From an uncultured cyanobacterium (GTDB lineage Bacteria > Cyanobacteriota > Cyanobacteriia > Cyanobacteriales > Cyanobacteriaceae): a DNA stretch of 64,000 nucleotides. The notes beneath the pieces are model-generated. The model did not search any database. It was given only the letters and a program-made list of their open reading frames with translations, and was not told where the DNA came from. Positions 10,896 through 21,967 of this stretch are shown in pieces (within the stretch, counting starts at the first letter, position 1; each line of letters starts with the position of its first letter). The DNA lies in contig CAVVOP010000022.1 in the NCBI GenBank assembly GCA_963749915.1, positions 352,001 through 416,000 on the forward strand, written 5' to 3'. Position numbers and translations under genes: made by a program.

Positions 10896-10976
10896 ATCAA
10901 TAATTAACAATGAATAATTAGCAATTAACAATTAACTATCATCAGAATTGAATATTAATTCAATTCCTACTAATTA

Positions 10977-12452
10977 TCAACTGTTTAACGCCCAGTTTAC
11001 TAGAGTTCGTACCCCAAAACCAGTACCCCCTTCGTTATCTATGGCTGTAGGTTTTTCTGCCCATACTGGACCGGCTATATCTAAATGTACCCAAGGTGTG
11101 TCTTTGACAAATTGTTGTAAGAATAAGGCCGCAGTAATTGAGCCTCCGGCACGACTGCCCGTATTTTTCAGATCAGCAATTGATGACTTCATTTGGTCAA
11201 AATATTTGCTTTCTAAAGGCATTTGCCAGAATTTTTCCCCCGCGGTTTCGGCTGAAGTTTGTAACTGGGTGGCTAAATTATGATCCGTTGTCCATAATCC
11301 GGCAATGTTGTTACCTAAAGCAACAATACAAGCACCTGTTAAAGTCGCTAAATCAACCATGGCATCCACGCCCAATTTATCGGCATAAACAAGGGCATCA
11401 GCCAAGGTTAAACGTCCTTCTGCATCGGTGTTATTCACTTCGATGGTTTTGCCATTAGAGGCGGTTAAAATGTCTCCAGGGTGCATTGCTGTACCGCTAA
11501 TCATGTTTTCTGTGACCGCACTGATAAAGTGAATTTCTACCTCTGGTTTCAATTGTGCGATCGCCTTCGCCGCCCCAAAGGCAGCCGCCGCACCCCCCAT
11601 ATCCATTTTCATGGTTTCGATACCACTACCACTGACTTTTAAGTTTAAACCGCCAGAATCGAAGGTTAAACCCTTACCGATAATGGCTAGTTTCCGTTTG
11701 GGTGTACCTTGGGTTTTATAGGTAAGATGAAGAAATTTCGGGGGTAAATCCGAGGCCTTGGCTACTCCTAAAAATGCCCCCATACCTAATTTTTCGCAGT
11801 CTTCTTTTTCTAAAATTGTCAATTCTAAACCGTATTCTCTGGCTATTTGTTGCACCGTTTCCGCCATGGTTACGGGGTTAATAGCGTTAGCAGGGGCGTT
11901 GACTAATTCTCTAGCTAGAATTACCCCTGATGCGATTTTTTCGGCGGTTTCAATGGCTTTACTCGAGGCTGACAAATCTAATAATTCGACGGTTTCAAGA
12001 CTAATTTTTTGCTCTTGTGTATCGGATTTGAAACGTTTATCTTCATGTAAGGCGAGAATAATTCCTTCGCTGATGACTTGGGCTAGTATATCATTTTCAT
12101 AATCATTACTGTTGAGTGCAATGGCTAATGTTTTAATTTTGTCTTTTTTAGCAACTCTGGCGATATTTCCTCCCGCCTGACGAAAAGAATCTAGGGCAAC
12201 ATCTTCTTTTGCGCCTAAACCCGCTAAAATAATTTTACGCAGAGAGTTTTTGCCACCAACACGGGCGATAACAGTAGTACCAAATTTCCCAGTAAATTCA
12301 CTTTCGTTAATTAATTCGCTAATAGTACCATCTAATTTTTGATCTAGTTGTGCTAATTCGCCACTAAGTTCAACTTCATCAGCTAAAAAACCTAATGCTA
12401 AAGCATCACCAGTCCAATCCAATTTACTAATATTACTAATTTTAATTTCCAT
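10977..12452 (-). CDS. pepA: Leucyl aminopeptidase (M17)
   Basis: [39 protein letters not shown]. Confidence 0.97.
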   Translation of the reverse strand: MEIKISNISKLDWTGDALALGFLADEVELSGELAQLDQKLDGTISELINESEFTGKFGTTVIARVGGKNSLRKIILAGLGAKEDVALDSFRQAGGNIARVAKKDKIKTLAIALNSNDYENDILAQVISEGIILALHEDKRFKSDTQEQKISLETVELLDLSASSKAIETAEKIASGVILARELVNAPANAINPVTMAETVQQIAREYGLELTILEKEDCEKLGMGAFLGVAKASDLPPKFLHLTYKTQGTPKRKLAIIGKGLTFDSGGLNLKVSGSGIETMKMDMGGAAAAFGAAKAIAQLKPEVEIHFISAVTENMISGTAMHPGDILTASNGKTIEVNNTDAEGRLTLADALVYADKLGVDAMVDLATLTGACIVALGNNIAGLWTTDHNLATQLQTSAETAGEKFWQMPLESKYFDQMKSSIADLKNTGSRAGGSITAALFLQQFVKDTPWVHLDIAGPVWAEKPTAIDNEGGTGFGVRTLVNWALNS

Positions 12453-12545
12453 CGTCTAATTAAAATAATGTGATTATTTCCCGTTATCTGTCCTAATTTT
12501 AACCATTTTTGGTTTCTGGGGAATAGGGCAATCAACAATTAATAA

Positions 12546-13547
12546 TTAATTTTCTGTGATTTCCACGGTTTTATCCAAAAAGTTTTTATCTTTTTTCGAT
12601 AATTTGTCTAGGGAGGATAAATGATTTTCACTGCAAAATTGGGGTAAAATTTCCTTAATAAATGCTTCGGAAGCCTTGGATCGATAACGGTTAGAATTTA
12701 CTATCACCGATAAAGTGCGCAGGATTTCCACATCTTGAATATGGGCACGGTGAATAATACCCATTTTTAATTCTTTTTCGATAGCAGTGACAGACACAAA
12801 AGAAGCTCCTAATCCTGATTGTACAGCGTTTTTGATGGCTTCGATGGAGTTTAATTCCATCTCGATTTTTAACTCGCTGGCGTTGATGTCACAACGGGTT
12901 AAAACTTGATCCAATACTTTTCTGATAGTGGATTGAGAATCTAAAGTAATGTAATTGAGATTGTATAAATCTTCTTTGACAATAGTTTCTTGTTCAGCTA
13001 AAGGGTGATTAGGTGGTAAGATTAAGGCCAGTTCATCTTCTGTATAGGGAATAATTTCTAGTATATCCTGTAATTCTAATGGTACTTCCCCGCCGATAAT
13101 GGCTAAATCTACTTGCCCGTTAGCTACAGCCCATGATGTGCGACGAGTTGAATGTACTTGCAACTGCACAGAAACATAGGGATATTTTTGATGAAACAAG
13201 CCAATCATTTTTGGCAATAAATAAGTACCCGTAGTTTGGGAAGCCCCAACTATTAAAGTACCACCTTGAAGGTTTTGTAAGTCTTCGATCGCCCGACAGG
13301 TTTCTTGACACAGGGTAATGATTTTTTCGCCGTAGGCAAGTAGTAAATTTCCGGCTTCTGTCAATTGTGCTTTTCTTCCTCCTCTGTCAAATAACGGCAC
13401 TGCCAACTGTTTTTCAAGGTTTTGAATTTGTAAACTGATGGCAGGTTGTGATACGAATAAACTATCGGCGGCACGTTTAAAACTACCTTCTTCGGCAATG
13501 GCTTTTAAAATCCGTAATTGATCAAGGGAGAAGGGTATATCTGACAT
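12546..13547 (-). CDS. rbcR: LysR-family regulator RbcR/Ycf30
   Basis: [45 protein letters not shown]. Confidence 0.88.
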   Translation of the reverse strand: MSDIPFSLDQLRILKAIAEEGSFKRAADSLFVSQPAISLQIQNLEKQLAVPLFDRGGRKAQLTEAGNLLLAYGEKIITLCQETCRAIEDLQNLQGGTLIVGASQTTGTYLLPKMIGLFHQKYPYVSVQLQVHSTRRTSWAVANGQVDLAIIGGEVPLELQDILEIIPYTEDELALILPPNHPLAEQETIVKEDLYNLNYITLDSQSTIRKVLDQVLTRCDINASELKIEMELNSIEAIKNAVQSGLGASFVSVTAIEKELKMGIIHRAHIQDVEILRTLSVIVNSNRYRSKASEAFIKEILPQFCSENHLSSLDKLSKKDKNFLDKTVEITEN

Positions 13548-13713
13548 AAATTTTATAAATCTTTAATCGTGAAAATTATGTGCTTGAATTTTTAGGGAAT
13601 TATAATTAGACGCTAACAATGTGGGGATCAATTTTTTTGCTTATCATTGATAAGATCTAATTAAACTATAAAATAAGTATTAGTTATATTTCCATTTTCT
13701 CAGTATAGACTTT

Positions 13714-14508
13714 ATGCACCACCTTGAAGCAAATTTGCTCAATTTTTTTGACTTTGATTTAATGGCTGAATTTCCTGTTAACTTTTTAACTTCTAACCTT
13801 CCCCATTGGTTAACTCCCAGTCATTTTATCATGGTGGGTTTATTACTTTTATTTGCCATTGTGCATAGTGGTTTAGCGGCGTTGAGAATGTGGGGAGAGT
13901 CGAAAATTGGAGCTCGTTTATACCGAGTTGTATTCGCTTTGGCGAGTATTCCTTTGGCAACTATTTTGATTATTTATTTTTTCAATCATCGCTATGAAGG
14001 TTTAATGTTATGGCAAGTACAAGATATTCAAGGGGTTAAAGCTACGGTGTGGATTTTATCCTTTATTTCTTTTCTTTTCCTTTACCCTGCCACCTTTAAC
14101 TTACTCGAAATTGCCGCCGTTACCAAGCCACAAGTACACCTTTATGAAACGGGGATAATTCGTATTTCTCGTCATCCACAAATGGTAGGACAAGTTATTT
14201 GGTGTATTGCTCATACTCTTTGGTTAGGTACAACTTTTGCCATTGTCACTTCTTTGGGTTTAATCGCCCATCATTTATTTTCCGTGTGGCATGGCGATCG
14301 CCGCTTAACAAAACGTTACGGGGATGCTTTTGTAAAAGTAAAAGCAAGAACTTCAGTAATACCAATGTTGGCAATACTAGACGGCAGACAAACCCTAGAA
14401 ATTAAAGAGTTTTTACGTCCTTCTTATGTTGGGGTGATAGGTTTTATCTTCTTATTTTGGTGGTTACATCCTTGGTTGATGGTAGCGACAAGCCGAGTGA
14501 ATTTTTAA
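13714..14508 (+). CDS. NnrU-family protein (15-cis-zeta-carotene isomerase Z-ISO-like)
   Basis: HSGLAALR, YPATFNLLE, ETGIIRISRHPQMVGQ, WHGDRRL; true start may be 13762. Confidence 0.88.
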   Translation: MHHLEANLLNFFDFDLMAEFPVNFLTSNLPHWLTPSHFIMVGLLLLFAIVHSGLAALRMWGESKIGARLYRVVFALASIPLATILIIYFFNHRYEGLMLWQVQDIQGVKATVWILSFISFLFLYPATFNLLEIAAVTKPQVHLYETGIIRISRHPQMVGQVIWCIAHTLWLGTTFAIVTSLGLIAHHLFSVWHGDRRLTKRYGDAFVKVKARTSVIPMLAILDGRQTLEIKEFLRPSYVGVIGFIFLFWWLHPWLMVATSRVNF

Positions 14509-14672
14509 ATTTTGTAGATAAAATGCTCCAATTTCGGGCAAAATATAGTAGGGGGATCAACGAGATAAAAGATTAAATAAGTTTTTTCCTGAATTATAGT
14601 CATCAGATTTGATGATCTTTAAAAATGCCATATATAAATATTTTGTTTTAATCCACATTACTCACTGAAGCC

Positions 14673-15011
14673 ATGATTTCCATTAATGAAAAAACTTTCC
14701 ATCAAGAATTATTAGAATCATCTGAAACTGTATTAGTGAATTTTTGGGCGCCCTGGTGTGGTTTATGTATCATGCTGAACCCGATTTTAAATAAACTAGA
14801 ATCTGAATGGCAAGAACAATTAAAAATTATTAGTATTAATGCCGATCAAAATTTACAATTAGCCAATAGTTATCGTTTGCGTAATTTGCCGACTTTGATC
14901 CTTATCAATCGAGGAAAAGTCATTCATCGACTAGAGGGGTTTCATAGCAGAGAAGATCTTTACACCAACATTAGTCATATCATGTTAGATTTTACGCCTA
15001 AATCCGCTTAA
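14673..15011 (+). CDS. trxC: Cyanobacterial atypical thioredoxin TrxC
   Basis: WAPWCGLC active site; adjacent to nnrU-like gene as in other cyanobacteria. Confidence 0.85.
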   Translation: MISINEKTFHQELLESSETVLVNFWAPWCGLCIMLNPILNKLESEWQEQLKIISINADQNLQLANSYRLRNLPTLILINRGKVIHRLEGFHSREDLYTNISHIMLDFTPKSA

Positions 15012-15064
15012 ATATTAACGTTACCTCAATAAAACTATAATATTTTATTACCCAACAAATATAA

Positions 15065-15271
15065 ATGAATAATTTATTACCAGAAATAATCGCAACCCCA
15101 GGGAAATTTCCCGTTTATTTTGTAGCTGTTTATGTTGTCGGTTTTATCGCCGCCGTTGTAATTGGATCGATCGCTTGGTATAGTTCTAAACGTCCGGTAG
15201 GTTGGGAAGATTCAGAAAAACCCGATTTTGTTCCCGAGATAAAAGGTGACAATAAAGAGAAAAAAGACTAA
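15065..15271 (+). CDS. psb35: Small single-TM protein, likely photosystem II assembly factor Psb35
   Basis: FPVYF..VYVVGFIAAV.IGSIAWYSSKRPVGWE...PDFVP recalled as this family. Confidence 0.6.
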   Translation: MNNLLPEIIATPGKFPVYFVAVYVVGFIAAVVIGSIAWYSSKRPVGWEDSEKPDFVPEIKGDNKEKKD

Positions 15272-15434
15272 ATAACAACAATGTAATCGTCCATTGTCAT
15301 TGTCCATAAGGAAATAAATTATGACTGAAACCATCATTATCTAATCAAAAATTCAGGAAAATATCAGCTTACTAAGATTTAATAGAAATGGATAAAGGAT
15401 TATTTATGTCTCAAGTCTTCTTATTAAGACAGTA

Positions 15435-16847
15435 ATGTTAATTAAAATTACCCCTGATATTTCAACGATAAAAAATATTGACGTTAATTCTTTAAGATTT
15501 CGTTTAACTTTGGGAGTCGCCTTACTTTCAGCTTTTGGCTTGGGTAGTGTTGCATTTTGGATGAATTGGAAAATGCAAAATTTATTGATAATGACTCATA
15601 AACAAACTGTTAATTATGTGGCGAATCGTTTCCCCCATGATGTGGAAATTTATAGTGAAATGGTTTCTTTAGAGGTAGGTATTCAAAAAACTATTAAGAA
15701 TTTATCGGATCATAAAAATTTATTTTGGTTCAAAAATAATGATAATAAGATTATTGCTAAATCTAGTTACTTTTATCCTCAATTAGCTGATCTTAATGAT
15801 ATTTCTTCCAGTCCCCAAGTCGTAGTTATTGATAAGAATTATTGGCTTATTTGTGGTATTCCTTTAAATGTTAATCAACAATTAATTGGTTATTTATATA
15901 TTGCTCAAAATATCACTAATGAACAAACTTTATTTACTCATTTAATTAATAGTTTAACCATCGCTACCATCATTGCCATTACTATTATGATTATGGCGAT
16001 CGCTTATTATATTTCTTGTTCCTTAAAACCCCTCGAAAAAATCTGCGATGTAGCGGAAAATATCTCGGCAGATAAATTAAAAGAAGTATCAATTAACTTT
16101 AAGAATAGCCCTAGTGAAGTAAAAAAATTAGCACAAGCTTTAGAAAATATGTTGATGAGATTAGGGCAAAGTTGGGACAATCAGCAACAATTATTAAGTA
16201 ACGTTTCCCATGAATTAAGGACACCTTTAACCATCGTATCAGGCTATTTACAAAGTACCTTAAGACGGGGAGAAAATCTTACTTGCGTACAAAAAGAGGC
16301 GTTGTCTGTAGCGGTATCGGAAGCAAATCGCACAGTACAATTATTAGAAGATTTATTGGATTTAGCAAGGGCTGATAATGGTAATATCCATCTACAAATG
16401 GACATACTTACAGTTAATGATTTAATGCGAGAAATTATTGCAATGGCTCAACAGTATCGTACCAGAAATATTAACTTAACAGAAAAAAACAGTAATATAA
16501 CGATAAAAGTTGATCGTAACAGATTTAAGCAAATTTGTCTCAATTTAATCGATAATGCTATCAAATATTCTCCAGAAAACACTGATATTAACATTATCTT
16601 AAAAGAAGATAAATCAGCTATAATCGAAATTCATGATCAAGGAATAGGCATTCCTTTATCTTTTCAAAATCGCATTTTTGAGCGTTTTTATCGAGTAGAT
16701 GAGGCTAGAAATAGAGATACGGGAGGCACTGGTTTGGGATTAGCGATCGTCAAAAGTTTAGTAACTACAATGAATGGTAAAATTAGCTTGGTTTCCCAAC
16801 CTGAAAAAGGCAGTATTTTTACTATCAGTTTTCCTTTGGTAGAATAA
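15435..16847 (+). CDS. Membrane sensor histidine kinase (HAMP-HisKA-HATPase)
   Basis: Two TM helices, VSHELRTPL, NLIDNAIKYS, DQGIGI, GGTGLGL. Confidence 0.95.
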   Translation: MLIKITPDISTIKNIDVNSLRFRLTLGVALLSAFGLGSVAFWMNWKMQNLLIMTHKQTVNYVANRFPHDVEIYSEMVSLEVGIQKTIKNLSDHKNLFWFKNNDNKIIAKSSYFYPQLADLNDISSSPQVVVIDKNYWLICGIPLNVNQQLIGYLYIAQNITNEQTLFTHLINSLTIATIIAITIMIMAIAYYISCSLKPLEKICDVAENISADKLKEVSINFKNSPSEVKKLAQALENMLMRLGQSWDNQQQLLSNVSHELRTPLTIVSGYLQSTLRRGENLTCVQKEALSVAVSEANRTVQLLEDLLDLARADNGNIHLQMDILTVNDLMREIIAMAQQYRTRNINLTEKNSNITIKVDRNRFKQICLNLIDNAIKYSPENTDINIILKEDKSAIIEIHDQGIGIPLSFQNRIFERFYRVDEARNRDTGGTGLGLAIVKSLVTTMNGKISLVSQPEKGSIFTISFPLVE

Positions 16848-16920
16848 TTTTCCAAAATTAATTGTCCTGAAAAATATGCAGGGGTTAATGACATTAATCT
16901 TTGATGAATTAATTTGTCAG

Positions 16921-17319
16921 CTAATCCAAAAAATCTGCTAAGATTTCGTCGGGTTCGTCTTCAATTTCGTGACCCACGATTAAAGAGTGACTTAGGCTAT
17001 CCAGGGGACGAGAAATAACTTGACTTTGTAAACTAGCTACTAATTTCTCCATAATATCTAGTCGATTTTGTAGCCTTTCAATTTGACGGTCTTTTCCTTC
17101 TAAAATCTTTAATCTTTGACTTAATTCTTGATAATTTTCTCGTAATCTATTAATCTTAACATCATCGAGATTATAGCCTAAATATTGACCAATAAGATCA
17201 GTCATCAATTCGGACAAAGATTGTCCTTTTTCAAGGGCTAAATGTTCTATTTTTTCCTTCCATTCCAAGGATAAATCAAGGGTAAGATTTAGAGATTTAT
17301 TTACTATTTTCTCTGTCAT
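16921..17319 (-). CDS. Hypothetical protein (possible ribbon-helix-helix plus coiled coil)
   Basis: LAxxKGQSLSELM..LI..YL; heptad-rich centre; EDEPDEIL.DFL tail. Confidence 0.55.
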   Translation of the reverse strand: MTEKIVNKSLNLTLDLSLEWKEKIEHLALEKGQSLSELMTDLIGQYLGYNLDDVKINRLRENYQELSQRLKILEGKDRQIERLQNRLDIMEKLVASLQSQVISRPLDSLSHSLIVGHEIEDEPDEILADFLD

Positions 17320-17575
17320 TTATAAAATTAATAAGAGTTATAATTAATTACTAATTGTTAATTGCTAACGGTGATTTTAACTCATTGTGAGATCTTGCAC
17401 CTTTGCTAAAACCTAAAACCTAAATTTTTAGAATATTCTTGACCTTCGTACTGTACACAATAGCATAGCTATTATACCACTAAGAGAAGGTTGATAATAT
17501 TTTGTATTTTAGAGTACATTTTTCCTGACTGTATGAATAAGAGTAAACAAAAATAATAAAATTGGGTAACAAGAG

Positions 17576-18202
17576 GTGAAAAGTAAGTTGATTGTTTTGA
17601 CGTTAATCTGTATTGTCTTCTCTGGAGTGGCTATTTTTTTTCTGGGGGGAATTAGTCCGCAATTATTGGAGAATTTTGTGGCTAAATTGGGAATATTTGC
17701 CTCTTCTCTATATATTTTTCTCTATATTTTAGCTACCATTTTACTTTTGCCTTCCACTCCTTTAAATATTAGCGGTGGCCTAATTTTTGGTTTTTGGTGG
17801 GGACTTCTTTGGACAGCGATCGCTGCTATAATAGCCGCTATGGTAAGTTTTGCTTATGCTAGATTTTTAGGCAGACAGTGGGTTAAAAAAAGATTTGGTA
17901 TTCATCTCCAACGGTTAGATAAGGAGATAAAAAGAGGGGGAATGGGGTATATTTTCGCCATTCGTTTATTGCCCCTGATTCCTTATGGTATTGTCAACTT
18001 TGGTGCTGGTTTGACTTCTGTCAGTGAAAAAGACTATCTTGTGGGCACTATTTTAGGCACTATTCCGGGTATCTTACCATTTGTGATGATGGGGGCAGGA
18101 ATTTCGGCTATGGGTAAAGGAGATATCTTGACTATCACTCTTTCTTTGGGATTGACAGGTTTATTAATAGGTGGCGCTACATGGTATCGGAAAAAGAATT
18201 GA
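17576..18202 (+). CDS. TVP38/TMEM64 (DedA/VTT) membrane protein
   Basis: LPSTPL..GG.IFG, RLLPLIPY.IVNF.AGL. Confidence 0.9.
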   Translation: MKSKLIVLTLICIVFSGVAIFFLGGISPQLLENFVAKLGIFASSLYIFLYILATILLLPSTPLNISGGLIFGFWWGLLWTAIAAIIAAMVSFAYARFLGRQWVKKRFGIHLQRLDKEIKRGGMGYIFAIRLLPLIPYGIVNFGAGLTSVSEKDYLVGTILGTIPGILPFVMMGAGISAMGKGDILTITLSLGLTGLLIGGATWYRKKN

Positions 18203-18264
18203 CAGTTGACAGTTGATTTTAGTAAATAATTGATAACAAGTCATTGATCATTCTCCATTAATCG

Positions 18265-19230
18265 ATGACAATTGACAGTGGATTATTGATTAAAAGTGAG
18301 ATTATGAGTGCAACAACGATCAAATCAGATAATAATAACCTTTCTACGAAATTAATTAATGGGTTACTAAATATCAAACCCCTTATGGAATTTGCTAAAA
18401 CCAGGGCACGTAAAATGATTCTCCAACGTGCTAATGTTATCGGTGTAACTTGGGAAGATAACGTTAAAAATCTTCAAGGTCATGATTGGCAAAAGGAAAT
18501 AGAAGCCGTAGAAAATCCTGATATTACTTACCCTTCTTATTATCTCGAATCTTTTCACGCCTATGATAAAGGCAATCTGAGTTGGGATGCCGCTTGGGAA
18601 TTGGAATCTGCCGCTTACACTGTGCATTCTACGGTTTATTCTAAAATTCCCCAACCTGATGGCGATCGCAATTTGAGAAACAACTATCATCAAGTTTTAC
18701 TCTCAGAAATTCCTTCTACGCCCCAAAATATCTTAGATTTAGGTTGCGGTGTCGGTTTAAGTACTTTTGCTTTACAAGAAACTTATCCTCACACCAATAT
18801 CTCAGGTTTAGATTTATCTCCCTACTTTTTAGCCGTAGCCAATTATCAAAGTAAAAGGAAAAATAAGACGATTAACTGGATTCATAGTGCCGCCGAATCA
18901 ACTAACTTACCTTCGGAATCCTTCGATTTAATTTCCGCCTTTTTAATGTTTCATGAATTACCTCAATCTGCCGCCGAAAATATTATCGCTTCCGCTAGTA
19001 AATTACTTCAAAGTGGCAGTTATTTTGCCATCATGGACATGAATCCACAGTCAGAAAATTATCAAAAAATGCCTCGTTATATCTTAACATTGTTGAAAAG
19101 TACTGAACCTTATTTGGATGAATATTTTACTTTAGAGATAAACTCTATTTTTGTCAAATTTGGTTTTTCTACTCCTAAAATTACCTCTATAAGTCCTCGT
19201 CATCGTGCTATTGTTGCCAAAAAGAAATAA
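18265..19230 (+). CDS. Class I SAM-dependent methyltransferase
   Basis: YPSYY..SFHAY..GNL, LDLGCGVG, FHELP; start may be 18304. Confidence 0.9.
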   Translation: MTIDSGLLIKSEIMSATTIKSDNNNLSTKLINGLLNIKPLMEFAKTRARKMILQRANVIGVTWEDNVKNLQGHDWQKEIEAVENPDITYPSYYLESFHAYDKGNLSWDAAWELESAAYTVHSTVYSKIPQPDGDRNLRNNYHQVLLSEIPSTPQNILDLGCGVGLSTFALQETYPHTNISGLDLSPYFLAVANYQSKRKNKTINWIHSAAESTNLPSESFDLISAFLMFHELPQSAAENIIASASKLLQSGSYFAIMDMNPQSENYQKMPRYILTLLKSTEPYLDEYFTLEINSIFVKFGFSTPKITSISPRHRAIVAKKK

Positions 19231-19273
19231 CATAGTAGTACAAATATAATTATCAACAAATGGTGTAAAAAAA

Positions 19274-19819
19274 ATGAAGGTTACTGCCACTAAAATTCCT
19301 GATGTCTTAATAATTGAGCCTCAAGTTTTTGGGGATAATAGAGGATTTTTTTTCGAGAGTTTTAATGCCAAATCTTGGCAAGAAAAAACAGGATTAAATA
19401 CTAATTTTATCCAAGATAATCACTCTCGCTCACAACAAAATGTATTGAGAGGATTACACTATCAAATCAAGGAACCTCAAGCTAAATTAGTTAGGGCAGT
19501 AGTAGGAGAAGTTCTTGATATTGCGGTAGATATTCGTCAATCTTCCCCTACTTTTAAGCAATGGGTGGGAGAGATTTTAACCGCAGATAATAAAAAACAA
19601 TTATGGATACCTGAAGGCTTTGCTCATGGTTTTTTAGTCTTATCTGAAACTGCTGAAGTTTTGTATAAAACTAATAATTTTTATGCTCCAGAATACGATA
19701 GATCCATTCGTTGGAATGATCCAGACATTAACATTAATTGGGATTTAAAAACAACCCCTTTATTATCTAATAAAGATCAAAATGCACCCTTGTTAAAAGA
19801 TGCACAAATTTTTAATTGA
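19274..19819 (+). CDS. rfbC: dTDP-4-dehydrorhamnose 3,5-epimerase
   Basis: DNRGFFFE, QDNHSRS, LRGLHYQ, PEGFAHGF. Confidence 0.97.
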   Translation: MKVTATKIPDVLIIEPQVFGDNRGFFFESFNAKSWQEKTGLNTNFIQDNHSRSQQNVLRGLHYQIKEPQAKLVRAVVGEVLDIAVDIRQSSPTFKQWVGEILTADNKKQLWIPEGFAHGFLVLSETAEVLYKTNNFYAPEYDRSIRWNDPDININWDLKTTPLLSNKDQNAPLLKDAQIFN

Positions 19820-19879
19820 CCCCCGTGGGTGTTGAATAAGCTAAAACTTCTATTATTCGGTAACAAAGGATTATTAATT

Positions 19880-20764
19880 ATGACTAAAATTTTATTATTT
19901 GGAAGTCAAGGACAAGTTGGCACAGAATTGACTTATACTTTGCCTGCACTGGGGGAATTGATAAAAGTCGATCGCAAGATAGCTGACTTAACAAACGCTG
20001 AAAAAATTAGGAGTATTATCCAACAAATTAAACCCCATATTATTGTCAATGCCGCCGCCTATACTGCCGTTGATAAAGCAGAATCAGAAATCGGTTTAGC
20101 CTACCAAATAAATGCCATCGCACCGAAAATAATAGCAGAAGAAAGTAATAAAATAGGAGGAAAATTAGTTCATATTTCCACAGATTATGTTTTTGACGGA
20201 AAAGCCAATATTCCCTATTTAGAAACTGATATAACTAACCCTTTAGGAGTGTATGGTAAAAGTAAATTAAAAGGGGAAGAAAATATTAAAGAAAATACCG
20301 ATAATTATGTTATTCTTAGAACTGCATGGGTTTATGGTACTTGTGGCAAAGGAAATTTTGTTAAAACTATGCTTAGATTAGGCAAAGAAAGAGAACAAAT
20401 AAAAGTAGTAATAGATCAAATTGGTTGTCCCACTTATGCTGAAGATATAGCCATCGTTATCAACAAAATAATCCATAAATTTTCCCACGACAATAACACT
20501 GAAAAACTCTATCATTTTACTAATTTAGGAGTTTGTAGCTGGTATGATTTTGCCGTAAATATTTTTCATCAAGCCCAAAAATTAGGCTATTTTTTAACCA
20601 TAAAAGACGTTTTTCCTATTGTTACTTCAGAATACCCAACCCCGGCTCAACGTCCTGCTTATTCTGTATTAAATACCCGTAAAATTAGTCAGGATTTAGA
20701 TTTCTTTCCTCCCCATTGGCAAGATTCTTTAAGGAAATACTTTCTCAAACTTAATCAAGGTTAA
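19880..20764 (+). CDS. rfbD: dTDP-4-dehydrorhamnose reductase
   Basis: GSQGQVG, AAYTAVDKAE, ISTDYVFDG, YGKSK; ATG at 19880. Confidence 0.97.
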   Translation: MTKILLFGSQGQVGTELTYTLPALGELIKVDRKIADLTNAEKIRSIIQQIKPHIIVNAAAYTAVDKAESEIGLAYQINAIAPKIIAEESNKIGGKLVHISTDYVFDGKANIPYLETDITNPLGVYGKSKLKGEENIKENTDNYVILRTAWVYGTCGKGNFVKTMLRLGKEREQIKVVIDQIGCPTYAEDIAIVINKIIHKFSHDNNTEKLYHFTNLGVCSWYDFAVNIFHQAQKLGYFLTIKDVFPIVTSEYPTPAQRPAYSVLNTRKISQDLDFFPPHWQDSLRKYFLKLNQG

Positions 20765-20845
20765 TCCATTATTATATGTACAATTAACTTAGTTTAAAAA
20801 CTGGCCAAAAAATTGTTGACAAACTAAAAATATAGGTTATTATTT

Positions 20846-21919
20846 ATGAAAGCATTAATTCTATCCGGAGGGAAGGGTACTCGCTTACGTCCTCTCACTT
20901 ATACCGGTGCAAAACAGTTAGTACCCGTCGCCAATAAGCCCATTCTCTGGTATGGTATTGAAGCCTTAGTTTGTGCCGGAATTAAGGATATAGGCATCAT
21001 CATCAGCCCTGAAACTGGCACGGAAATTGAGAAAAAAACAGGGGATGGTAGTCGTTTTGGGGCAAATATCACCTATATTCTTCAAGATAGCCCTGATGGT
21101 TTAGCCCATGCTGTCAAAATTGCGCAACCTTTTCTCGGTGATTCTCCTTTTGTCATGTATTTGGGTGATAATTTAATTGCTGATGATTTATTTCAATATT
21201 TAGATGAATTTCTGACTAAAAATTTAGATGCTTTAATTCTTTTAAGAAAAGTAGCCAATCCTTCAGCTTTTGGTGTAGCTACTATTAACAAAAAAGGGGA
21301 AGTTTTAGAGTTAGTAGAAAAGCCGAAAAATCCTCCTTCGAATTTAGCTTTGGTGGGAATTTATTTCTTTTCCCCTTTGATTCATGATGCGATCGCAACT
21401 TTAAAACCCTCGGCTAGAGGGGAATTAGAAATCACTGATGCTATTCAAGGCTTATTAGCCGCAAAAAAATTAGTTTCAGCAAGACAACTTAAAAATTGGT
21501 GGTTAGATACGGGGAAAAAAGATGATTTACTAGAAGCAAATCGCATTATCTTGGATACTAATTTAACTTCAGAAAATTTAAGTACAATTGAAGAAAATAG
21601 TCAAATAATTGGCAGAGTAAAAATTGGGAAAAATACAAGAATAATTAACTCAACTATCAGAGGCCCCGTTATCATTGGAGAAAATTGTTCACTGGAAAAC
21701 TGTTTTATTGGTCCTTATTCAAGTATTGCCGATCATGTGCTATTAAGCGAGACAGATTTAGAACATAGCGTAATTTTAGAGTCGGCGGAAGTTTTAGGTA
21801 TTCAACAGCGAATTGTGGATAGCGTCATCGGACAACGGGCGAAAATTCATTTAGCATTAAAACGTCCAAAAGCGGTAAGTTTTATGATAGGAGATGACTC
21901 TCAAATCGAATTAACTTAA
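20846..21919 (+). CDS. rfbA: Glucose-1-phosphate thymidylyltransferase (long form)
   Basis: LSGGKGTRLRPLT, KQLVPVANKP, RGELEITDA, C-terminal left-handed beta-helix. Confidence 0.95.
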   Translation: MKALILSGGKGTRLRPLTYTGAKQLVPVANKPILWYGIEALVCAGIKDIGIIISPETGTEIEKKTGDGSRFGANITYILQDSPDGLAHAVKIAQPFLGDSPFVMYLGDNLIADDLFQYLDEFLTKNLDALILLRKVANPSAFGVATINKKGEVLELVEKPKNPPSNLALVGIYFFSPLIHDAIATLKPSARGELEITDAIQGLLAAKKLVSARQLKNWWLDTGKKDDLLEANRIILDTNLTSENLSTIEENSQIIGRVKIGKNTRIINSTIRGPVIIGENCSLENCFIGPYSSIADHVLLSETDLEHSVILESAEVLGIQQRIVDSVIGQRAKIHLALKRPKAVSFMIGDDSQIELT

Positions 21920-21967
21920 CATCCTTCTGGCAAAACCAAAGTTACCTTGAGTTATTGAGAAGATTCC

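Noticed and set aside
10948..12102. Plus-strand ORFs overlapping pepA and other short overlapping ORFs in the track
   Set aside because: Shadow frames of well-supported genes
7990..18220. TAATTGA/CAATTAA/TTGACAG heptamer runs near 7995, 10430, 10900, 18198
   Set aside because: Ordinary cyanobacterial short tandem repeats
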